Shown here: positions 38,731 through 46,448 of the stretch, one piece after another
Numbering within the stretch: the first letter of the stretch is position 1
Layout: each line of letters opens with the position of its first letter
Assembly (NCBI GenBank): GCA_963749085.1
Contig: CAVVLG010000002.1
Span: forward strand, 155,093 to 219,092
Source: Candidatus Adlerbacteria bacterium
GTDB taxonomy: Bacteria > Patescibacteriota > Minisyncoccia > Phycocordibacterales > SBAW01
Direction: 5' to 3'
DNA: 64,000 bases
Translations under genes and position numbers: made by a program
The notes under the pieces: model-generated
What the model was told of the DNA's origin: nothing
The model's input: only the letters and a program-made list of their open reading frames with translations
Database searches by the model: none

Positions 38731-39509
38731 ATGCGTACTAAAAAAGAGTTCGAAAGTGCCCCGCGTGCGGTTCGCTGAAGACGAAAAGGAACGGGGCTCC
38801 GAGAGGAGTCCAGTGGTTTCGTTGCCGCGCGTGCGGTACATCATTTCAATCAGGACGGCGTCCGAAAGCGAAACAATCTGAGCTCTACGAGCAGTACGTC
38901 TTCAAACGCCAGACCCTGGCAGAACTCGCCATGCGTGAAGAGAAGAGCGTGCGCTGGGTGCAGACACAGCTCGATGCGGCGACATCGGATTTCCCTCCGC
39001 TTCCTCCGCGGGCAACCGTCATGCTCGCCGATACCACTTTTCTGGGTCGCGCCTACGGCGTGTGCGTGTTTCGCTCGCCCACCCTCAAACGTAACCTCTG
39101 CTGGACTGAAGTGGAGCAGGAGACCGCAGCGGTCTACACCCAAAGCCTCATAGGACTCCGGGACAGAGGATGGACTGTCACTGCCGCGGTCATCGACGGG
39201 AGGCGAGGCGTGGCAAGGGTGTTCGAGCGACAGGGTATCCCGGTGCAGTACTGCCAGTTCCACCAGATGCAGACGGTGACGAAGTACCTTACCCGCAGGC
39301 CGGAGAGCGAAGCAGCGCAAGAGCTACGCGCACTTTCTCTCATGCTGCACAGGACCACTGAACAAACATTTACCGCAGCCCTTACTGCGTGGCACGCACG
39401 GCACGAAGTCTTCCTCAAGGAGCGGTCGCCGGCTCCGCACACCAAGCGCGGCTGGGAGTACACGCCAGTCCTTATGTTGCGGAGGCAAAAGCAGATTTCA
39501 AGATCATAA
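38731..39509 (+). pseudogene. zinc-ribbon + DDE transposase (IS1/IS1595-like), disrupted by a frameshift near the 5' end
   Basis: ATG 38731 gives MRTKKEFES then stops. The +2 frame continues CPACGSLKTKRNG...FRCRACGTSF (C2C2 zinc ribbon), an HTH-like segment and a DDE-like core (DTTF, IDGRRG, QYCQFHQ) to 39509. A single missing T at about 38756 would restore one 259-aa ORF. Confidence 0.5.
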
Positions 39510-39693
39510 CCATTCTGCATCCAAGACCGCCTTGAGGAAGCTTGAGGCGGTATTTTTCTTTTCCTACTTTCCTCTCCTGCAGGTTCTAACGTCGTTCAGC
39601 AAGAGCAAATTAGTTTTCCCTTCATCTTGCAAACAGATACAAATGATAGAACGTTAGGGGTCCAGGCTTTTGTCATCACAGGGGAGGAAGGTA

Positions 39694-39870
39694 GTGGAGA
39701 AGCAAGAACATGAAAGCAGGGATGAGATATTGTTGCCTCGCCAAGACCTAGAGTTTATTGCAGGGGTAATTACCCTGCAGCGTCGAAAGCAAAAAATACT
39801 CGGGAAGTGGCGTGGTGTGCCGTTAGCTCGAGAGCAAATCGACATGGGTGACAACTTGGTCGCGGTATAA
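39694..39870 (+). CDS. hypothetical small protein (58 aa)
   Basis: GTG start after GGGAGG. Followed by the CCGCCAAAACTTTTGGCGG hairpin and T-run terminator at 39877..39912. Confidence 0.3.
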   Translation: MEKQEHESRDEILLPRQDLEFIAGVITLQRRKQKILGKWRGVPLAREQIDMGDNLVAV

Positions 39871-39955
39871 CTCGGCCACCCTTACCTAAACGACCGCCAA
39901 ACTTTTGGCGGTTTTTTCTTTCCCCATTCCCCTCTTATATCGCAGAACTAATCTG

Positions 39956-40237
39956 TTAAAAGCCAAAATAGACATTGTTCAAGCATGCCCACGGCAGATC
40001 GCCTTGAAGAAACCAACGTCCGTGGTACTCCACGATAGTTATGGTCTGCCCATCGGTAGTCTTGCAGACGCCCGACGTGTCCGTACGGCTCATCAGCTGT
40101 GTGCATCCACGAAATGCGTAGTAGTTCTCAAACGTGCTGTGCGCAATCCGGAGATAGTTCCATTGATACACCGCAAACGTACCGCCGGCGAGGACTAGGC
40201 AGAGCGATACAATCCAGAAAATCTTATTTTTTACCAT
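39956..40237 (-). CDS. hypothetical secreted/membrane-anchored protein (93 aa)
   Basis: N-terminal signal-anchor helix. Cys-containing mature part. Confidence 0.4.
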   Translation of the reverse strand: MVKNKIFWIVSLCLVLAGGTFAVYQWNYLRIAHSTFENYYAFRGCTQLMSRTDTSGVCKTTDGQTITIVEYHGRWFLQGDLPWACLNNVYFGF

Positions 40238-40309
40238 CGTGCTATCTACAACTCTTTAGAAGTAAATTAGTTCTAACTATATACCACTGCTGAATGATAG
40301 AATGAGAAA

Positions 40310-41098
40310 ATGAGAAAAGTTCCCTCCGTGACGGTGTTCTTTTGGATAGTGAAAATCCTTACCACCGCCGTTGGTGAGAGCACCTCCGATTACTTTGTCC
40401 GGACTATCAATCCAGTCGTCGCGGTAGCGATTGGAGGCATTGTATTTGTCTTGGCGCTCGCATTACAGTTTTGGACGCGACGCTACAATGCGTGGGCCTA
40501 TTGGTTTTGCGTTGCCATGGTTGCTGTGTTCGGCACCATGGTGGCCGACGTGTTGCACATCGGCTTAGGTATTCCGTACCTCGACACAACGACGTTCTTC
40601 ACCGTCGCGCTCATTATTGTATTCATCCTTTGGTACGCAGTTGAAAAAACGCTCTCCATCCATAGCATTTATACAAAACGCCGCGAGCTGTTTTATTGGC
40701 TGACGGTAGTAACGACATTCGCGCTCGGCACCGCTGCCGGCGATATGACCGCTAGCACGCTCGGTTTGGGATATCTGGTTTCAGGTATTTTGTTTGTGGT
40801 ACTGATTGCAGTTGTCGCTCTCGCGCACTACATCGCGAAAAGCACCTTGGCCGTCGAGCATACACAGCAATCGAGAAGTGTGGTTGTCGCTTTTTGGCTC
40901 GCGTACATTCTTACCCGGCCGATCGGCGCCTCCTTCGCCGACTGGTTCGGCAAGGCTAAGAGCGTAGGCGGCCTTGGATGGGGCGACGGGACGGTCACTC
41001 TTGTGCTCACGGTTGTCATCGTCGTCTTTGTGGCATACCTTGCGATTACTCAAGTAGACGTTGAAAGAGAGCCGGCTACTCCTGTGTCACGTAGATAA
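40310..41098 (+). CDS. membrane protein with internal duplication (DUF347-like repeat)
   Basis: Two homologous halves each with a TTAVGE/TAAGD motif inside TM helices, as in the COG4705/DUF347 repeat family. Confidence 0.45.
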   Translation: MRKVPSVTVFFWIVKILTTAVGESTSDYFVRTINPVVAVAIGGIVFVLALALQFWTRRYNAWAYWFCVAMVAVFGTMVADVLHIGLGIPYLDTTTFFTVALIIVFILWYAVEKTLSIHSIYTKRRELFYWLTVVTTFALGTAAGDMTASTLGLGYLVSGILFVVLIAVVALAHYIAKSTLAVEHTQQSRSVVVAFWLAYILTRPIGASFADWFGKAKSVGGLGWGDGTVTLVLTVVIVVFVAYLAITQVDVEREPATPVSRR

Positions 41099-41238
41099 TC
41101 ACGTCTTTGGTTTTTTTCTCTCTACATACCGCGCTGACTACGGCGTACCTGTATACTTAGCTCATGTTCTTTCATCACCCCGACCGCAGAAAAGCACGTG
41201 GAAGATCTCGATCTTCTGCGGCGGTGACGTCGGCAAGG

Positions 41239-41505
41239 ATGTACATTCTTGACCGCGTTATATATGTCGTCGGGATTGTTGGTCCTCTGTTTACGATTCC
41301 GCAGCTAATCAAAATTTATTATTTCCAGAGTGCCTCCGGCGTGTCTGTCATCTCCTGGGGTGCGTACGCTCTGTTCGATATTCCCTGGATACTGTACGGC
41401 ATACTTCACAAAGAGCGTCCGATAACGCTCACGTACATATTATGGTTTTTCTTTAATGCGCTGGTATTCGTGGGTGCGATACTGTATAGCAACAATCCCC
41501 TATGA
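41239..41505 (+). CDS. SemiSWEET-like PQ-loop transporter
   Basis: 88 aa, three TM helices, and a PQ motif in helix 1 (VGIVGPLFTIPQLIKIY). Start set at MYILDRV. Confidence 0.5.
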   Translation: MYILDRVIYVVGIVGPLFTIPQLIKIYYFQSASGVSVISWGAYALFDIPWILYGILHKERPITLTYILWFFFNALVFVGAILYSNNPL

Positions 41506-42782
41506 AAAAGCGTCTGCGACGATTTTTTCGCATCTTCGGCCCCGGTTTTATTACTGGCGCAGCGGATAACGATCCGGCAGGGATAGCGACCTACACGCAG
41601 GTGGGAGCGCAGTTCGGATACGGACAGCTCTGGACGGCGGTGTTTGCACTCCCTCTCCTCATGGCCGTACAAGAGGCATGTGCGCGGATAGGAGCAGTCA
41701 CGGGAAAAGGCCTCGCCACGGTTATCAAGGAGCATTACAACAAAACGATACTGTATGGAGCTATCGTCATTCTTTTGGTCGCGAATACTCTCAATATTGG
41801 CGCCGACATCGGCGCCATGGGGGAATCGATACGGCTGGTCATTCCGCTGCCTTTCACGGTGCTGGTACTCTTTTCGACGTTTATGACCTTGGTGCTTGAA
41901 ATATTTACCTCCTATCGGGTCTATGCGAGGTACCTCAAATGGCTCGCGGCGGTATCCTTCTTATACTTGGCGACGGTCTTTGTGGTGAGCGAACCGTGGA
42001 CGGTCATACTCAGAGCGACGTTTGTGCCACATATAGAGCCGAGCTTTGCGTTTTTCTTTATCATCGTGGCTAACATAGGTACGACTATTTCTCCCTATAT
42101 GTTTTTTTGGGAGGCCTCGGAAGAAGTCGAGGAAGCTAAACAGCATCGGCTCATCGACGGCATCGGAGAGGTATCAGTCTCTAAACACTGGATGCGCAAA
42201 GTACGTCTCGATAACGCCATTGGCATGTTCGTCTCCCAACTTATTTCCTGGTCAATTATCGTCGTCGCCGGAACCGTTCTCTATGCCAATGGCATCACCA
42301 CCCTTACGAATGCCGCCGATGCGGCAAAAGCGCTCGAGCCCTTGGTGCACACTTTTCCCTATGCGGGTACGCTCGCGAAAACGCTCTTTGCTATCGGCAT
42401 CATAAGCGCAGGGTTGCTGGTCGTGCCGATCTTGTCCGGCTCCGCAGCCTACGCGCTCTCGGAAACAGTCAATTGGAAAGAGGGCCTTAATCTTAAACTC
42501 AAACGGGCGCACGGTTTTTACGGCATTATTACCATCGCAACCCTTATTGGGTTGAGTATTAACTTCTTCGGCATCAATCCCATACGACTCCTTATTTATA
42601 CGTCAGTGCTCAACGGCGTCGCCGCTGTACCGCTCCTCTTTCTCATTGCCCGTATCGGAAGCAATAAGAACATTATGGGCGAGTATAGCAGTGGGAAATT
42701 ATCCCTCCTTCTCACCTGGATAGCATTCGTCACGATGGCGGGTGCCGCTATCGGCGCTCTCTTAACTTTCTCATATACTTGA
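41502..42782 (+). CDS. mntH: NRAMP-family divalent metal transporter
   Basis: GPGFITGAADNDPAGIATYTQVGAQFGY and MAVQEACARIG consensus transport motifs. 11-12 TM helices. Confidence 0.85.
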   Translation: MKKRLRRFFRIFGPGFITGAADNDPAGIATYTQVGAQFGYGQLWTAVFALPLLMAVQEACARIGAVTGKGLATVIKEHYNKTILYGAIVILLVANTLNIGADIGAMGESIRLVIPLPFTVLVLFSTFMTLVLEIFTSYRVYARYLKWLAAVSFLYLATVFVVSEPWTVILRATFVPHIEPSFAFFFIIVANIGTTISPYMFFWEASEEVEEAKQHRLIDGIGEVSVSKHWMRKVRLDNAIGMFVSQLISWSIIVVAGTVLYANGITTLTNAADAAKALEPLVHTFPYAGTLAKTLFAIGIISAGLLVVPILSGSAAYALSETVNWKEGLNLKLKRAHGFYGIITIATLIGLSINFFGINPIRLLIYTSVLNGVAAVPLLFLIARIGSNKNIMGEYSSGKLSLLLTWIAFVTMAGAAIGALLTFSYT

Positions 42783-42785
42783 CCT

Positions 42786-43250
42786 ATGGACCGAGGTACA
42801 TGGATTGCGCTTATTGTGCTCATCGTGGCAAGTGTCGGTTTTATTGCTATACAGACGATCATTACCTCGCCTAATATCCCTGCTCCCTCCCCCTCCACGG
42901 GTACTAATACTACCGACACACAAGGAAGTCCTACACCTCAATCGCTTGACACTGCGTCGGGATGTCAGACCTTAGCTGCCGACACGGCCCAAAATGATCA
43001 AACTGCAACGGGAGAAACGACGTCGGTCATTGAAACTAATTTTGATCAGGCACTTGGGCAGTGTTATTACGAACTTGATATCTTTACGCCCTCCGGCAAC
43101 GAAACCGACCTTCGAGTGGCGCCCAACGACGGGGTGGTCGCCTCCTGTACCACCAATACCAACGACACGCTCGCCTGTCGGAACGGGACAGGTGCCACCA
43201 TAACCGAGCCGCAGTTTAAAGCGCTCCTTACCACATACCTTGGAGATTAA
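42786..43250 (+). CDS. hypothetical secreted protein (154 aa)
   Basis: N-terminal TM/signal, then a Thr/Ser-rich linker and a Cys-containing domain. Confidence 0.4.
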   Translation: MDRGTWIALIVLIVASVGFIAIQTIITSPNIPAPSPSTGTNTTDTQGSPTPQSLDTASGCQTLAADTAQNDQTATGETTSVIETNFDQALGQCYYELDIFTPSGNETDLRVAPNDGVVASCTTNTNDTLACRNGTGATITEPQFKALLTTYLGD

Positions 43251-43273
43251 GCAGCGATTGGTATACTGACCGT

Positions 43274-43654
43274 ATGATTGAGCACCTATCCATTCCTATA
43301 AGCAATTACAAAAAATCAGTCGCGTTTTATTCCGCGGCCCTCAAACCCATGGGATATCGACTGCTGAGAAAATATCCGCCCTATGCGGCCGGCTTCTGCG
43401 AGGGAGACTCAACGAGCGTGTGGGTAGCGCGCCAAAGCGGCAAAGTGCAGCCGATACACATAGCGCTGCGAGGAAAGAGCAAAAAGTCGGTGGAACAATT
43501 CCACAAGGAGGCGCTCAAGGCGGGTGGCAGAGACAATGGCAAGCCGGGTTTTCGCAGGGACTACGGTGACAATTACTACGCCGCATACGTGCTTGATCCA
43601 GACGGCAACAATGTCGAAGCGTGCTTTTTCGGAGCCAAGGCGCCCAAGCAATAA
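43274..43654 (+). CDS. glyoxalase/bleomycin-resistance/VOC family protein
   Basis: 126 aa paired beta-alpha-beta-beta-beta modules (MIEHLSIPISNYKKSVAFY..., YAAYVLDPDGNNVEA). Confidence 0.75.
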   Translation: MIEHLSIPISNYKKSVAFYSAALKPMGYRLLRKYPPYAAGFCEGDSTSVWVARQSGKVQPIHIALRGKSKKSVEQFHKEALKAGGRDNGKPGFRRDYGDNYYAAYVLDPDGNNVEACFFGAKAPKQ

Positions 43655-43668
43655 TAAATACTTTTTAA

Positions 43669-43719
43669 AGAGTCTGAACAATGCATCGCATGGTTCAGAC
43701 TCTGAACTTTAGAATTTTT
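43669..43719 (+). terminator. hairpin terminator (11-bp perfect stem AGAGTCTGAAC / GTTCAGACTCT) with a distal T-run
   Basis: Perfect inverted repeat 43669..43679 / 43693..43703. T7 run at 43713..43719. Confidence 0.5.
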
Positions 43720-44133
43720 TTGCTGCAAATGAGATAGCATCGTTCATGCATTCCATTCTCGTGCTCAAGGCGCAGATCACACCGGGCAGTGCCATCCGCA
43801 GAAAAGTCGTATCCCAGGTTCTCAACCGCTTTAATAGTGCCTCCGACGATTGGTATGGTACGGCCTCGCTTCGGTACTATCGGCTGGGCTCGTACGCCCG
43901 GACAGCACCTGCGTCGGCAACGATATTCTGTCATGAGTACCTCCTGAAAAGGACCTCTGCAGTACACTACCGCACGCTATAACAAGAAACAACCAGTCGC
44001 TGTGGTATTGCCAGACGTGTGCACCGCTCTCGTTTTTAAGCGCGTATATACTTCCAGAGGCTCCCTTAGAACCAATCTCAAAAATACCGTTGTAGACTAA
44101 AGGCACAGGGCGTTACCCGTAATTTGCCTGCCC

Positions 44134-44676
44134 ATGCCTCTCACCAACGAGCAGTGGAGCGTCATCGCTCCGTTTGTCACACCCCTCAAGCGTTTGGAAA
44201 CCCGCGGCCGTCCCCGGCAGGACGACCGCAAGATACTGGAAGGTATCCTCTGGGCACTGAAGACCGGCGCCCAGTGGAAGCACCTGCCGAAAGACTACCC
44301 GCCCTACCAGACCTGCCATCGCAGGTTCCAGCAGTGGGTGGAGAGCGGCGCCTTTGACCGCATCGTCGAAGCCCTGGCCATGGACATGGAATACCGGGGG
44401 CGCATCAAGCTCAGGAGCTGCTTTCTCGATGCCACCTTCGCGGGGGCAAAAAAGGGGGTCTTGGCGTGGGACCCACGAAGCGTGGGAAAGGCACCAAGAT
44501 CATGGCGATTGCGGACGAAGGCTCTCTTCCAGTCGCCGTCTATGTGGCCTCTGCTTCTCCGAGCGAAGTCCGGTTGGTTGAAGACACGCTTGCCCGGCGA
44601 TTTACCCGACAGAATCCGCTTCGCCTCACGGCTGACCGAGCATATGATTCCGATCCGCTGGATGGAACGCTCCTGA
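44134..44676 (+). CDS. IS5-family transposase OrfA (N-terminal DNA-binding part)
   Basis: LTNEQWSVIAPFV...GRPRQDDRKILEGILWALKTGAQWKHLPKDYPPYQTCHRRFQQW matches the DUF4096-type N-terminus of IS5/IS427 transposases. Confidence 0.8.
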   Translation: MPLTNEQWSVIAPFVTPLKRLETRGRPRQDDRKILEGILWALKTGAQWKHLPKDYPPYQTCHRRFQQWVESGAFDRIVEALAMDMEYRGRIKLRSCFLDATFAGAKKGVLAWDPRSVGKAPRSWRLRTKALFQSPSMWPLLLRAKSGWLKTRLPGDLPDRIRFASRLTEHMIPIRWMERS

Positions 44677-44906
44677 ACAAATACCGCATCAAACTCATTT
44701 CACCGCATCGCAGAGGCCGGGTGCGCAGAGCAACACAGGACGGCAGGGCGCTGCGCTCCTACAAGCGCCGGTGGAAGATTGAGCGGCTGTTCGCGTGGAT
44801 GCACAACTGGAGAAAGCTCGTGACTCGCTACGAATACAAACTGCAGAACTTTGCCGCCTTCGTGAAGCTCGCGTGCATCATGCTATTACTCAAACATTAT
44901 TTTTGA
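44452..44906 (+). CDS. IS5-family transposase OrfB (DDE domain), expressed as an OrfAB fusion by -1 frameshift
   Basis: The -1 frame from the A6G5 tract reads KKGGLGVGPTKRGKGTKIMAIADEGSLP...ADRAYDSD...YKRRWKIERLFAWMHNWRKLVTRYEYK, the DDE_Tnp_1 C-terminal signature. Confidence 0.8.
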
Positions 44907-44955
44907 GACTGGTTCTAGTGTTCGTTATTAATCCACATAATTAATTTAATTCAGT

Positions 44956-45714
44956 ATGAAAAGTAAACTGACACTTCTAGTTACCTCCTCGGCACTTCTC
45001 GGCTCCCTCCTCATAGTGGGAGTTGCCTCCGCGCAGACCACGACTCCCCCGCTCTCGGGTTCCCAAGGCGGCCACTGGGGTATGGGCACGGGTAGCCGTA
45101 TGCCTGGCGTCTTTGGCACCGTCTCAGCAATTAACGGCACGACGCTCACTGTCACGAGTAAGGGCTTCGGCCAAAACGCAACCGCGACGACCTATACGGT
45201 TGATGCTTCGAATGCGACCGTCTCGAAAGCCGGCGCAAGTTCATCGGTCTCCGCCATCGCAGTCGGCGACACGGTCATGGTACAGGGCACCGTCTCGGGC
45301 GACTCGGTTACGGCAACCTCTATTCGCGACGGCGCAATGCCGGGCGGCCCAGGCATGGGACAGAATATTATCCAGGGTAACGGCGAGCCCGTAGTCGGCG
45401 GAACGGTAACGGCTATAAGCGGCTCGACGGTAACTATCACCAACAAAAGCAATGTAACCTATACCATTGACGTCTCAAGCGCGACGGTTGAGAAGGATAA
45501 TGCAACCTCCTCAGTCCCCGCTATTGCGGTCGGTGACAATGTCGTCGTCCAGGGTACGGTCAATGGCACCTCGGTCACTGCTTCTTCGGTTATTGATAGT
45601 GGTGTCTCCACGGGAACTTCTTCCTCAGGCGGCATGTCAGACATCAGCCACCGGTTGAGCGGATTCATGGGGGCCATTGGGGGTTTCTTCCAGCATCTCT
45701 TCGGATTCTTCTAA
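44956..45714 (+). CDS. secreted tandem-repeat protein (DUF5666-like beta repeats) with C-terminal QHLFGFF
   Basis: Signal peptide. Two ~100-aa repeats (GTVSAINGTTLTVTSK...TYTVDASNATVSK...SAIAVGDTVMVQGTVSGDSVTATSI). C-terminus GGFFQHLFGFF. Confidence 0.5.
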   Translation: MKSKLTLLVTSSALLGSLLIVGVASAQTTTPPLSGSQGGHWGMGTGSRMPGVFGTVSAINGTTLTVTSKGFGQNATATTYTVDASNATVSKAGASSSVSAIAVGDTVMVQGTVSGDSVTATSIRDGAMPGGPGMGQNIIQGNGEPVVGGTVTAISGSTVTITNKSNVTYTIDVSSATVEKDNATSSVPAIAVGDNVVVQGTVNGTSVTASSVIDSGVSTGTSSSGGMSDISHRLSGFMGAIGGFFQHLFGFF

Positions 45715-45780
45715 AACACCAGTGGGTTGCATCAGCACAAGGCCGGCGCTGCCGGTCTTGTGTGTTAGAATGGAGCACCT

Positions 45781-46368
45781 ATGGATACACTGAAGATAAG
45801 GGTGATTATCGGCAGCACGCGACAAATGCGCTTCAGTGAGAAACCTGCGCAATGGATATTCGAGCTCCTGGCGAAAAAGGAAGGGGTTGGGGCGGAGCTT
45901 TTGGATTTGCGCGATTACTCCATGCCGTTTTTCGAGGAAGCAGCGACGCCGTCGTATAAAACCGCCCCGTACACCAACCCCGTCGTCGCAGAGTGGACGA
46001 AAAAAATTGCTGAAGCTGACGCCTTTATCATCGTGACTCCCGAATACAATCACGGCTATCCGGCGGTGCTGAAAAATGCGCTCGATTATGTCTATCAAGA
46101 ATGGAATAACAAGGCGGTGGGGTTCGTGGGCTATGGAAGCGTCAGTGGCGCGCGCTCAATTGAACAACTGAGGCAGGTAGTTGTGGAGCTTCAAATGGTG
46201 CCCATACGAAGCGCCATACACGTGCCTCCCGATATGTTTAGAGCCTACTGGACGGGAGACGGAGCAAAAAATCCCGACTTCTTTAAGCCTCTGGAACCCT
46301 TCGCTGAAACATTTCTGACGCAGCTTTTGTGGTGGGCGCGGATGCTCAAAGGGGCGCGAGGGAAATAA
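45781..46368 (+). CDS. NAD(P)H-dependent FMN reductase (flavodoxin-like fold)
   Basis: IIGSTRQMRFSEK and TPEYNHGYPAVLKNALDY motifs of the SsuE/ArsH-like FMN reductase family. Confidence 0.8.
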   Translation: MDTLKIRVIIGSTRQMRFSEKPAQWIFELLAKKEGVGAELLDLRDYSMPFFEEAATPSYKTAPYTNPVVAEWTKKIAEADAFIIVTPEYNHGYPAVLKNALDYVYQEWNNKAVGFVGYGSVSGARSIEQLRQVVVELQMVPIRSAIHVPPDMFRAYWTGDGAKNPDFFKPLEPFAETFLTQLLWWARMLKGARGK

Positions 46369-46448
46369 CACAAAAATGCATCTCTGTCTCCTGCACCCTC
46401 AAAAGGAGCTTTTTCGTATTTATTTTATTAACATGTTATTCATAATTC

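Larger units (their letters stand above)
44067..44918 (+). mobile_element. IS5-family (IS427/IS1031-group-like) insertion sequence, about 852 bp
   Basis: About 20-bp terminal inverted repeats TAGAACCA(A/G)TCTCAAAAATA (44067..44086 and reverse complement of 44898..44917). Two overlapping transposase ORFs with an A_AAA_AAG slippery heptamer at 44448..44454. Confidence 0.8.

Noticed and set aside
33600-40300. Interpretation of the cassette-like island as a classical integron
   Set aside because: There is no intI-like tyrosine recombinase, no attI, and the junction repeats are short direct repeats with a small dyad rather than 60-120-bp imperfect attC palindromes. Each cassette also carries its own promoter. 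The island is kept as a finding, but not under the integron label.
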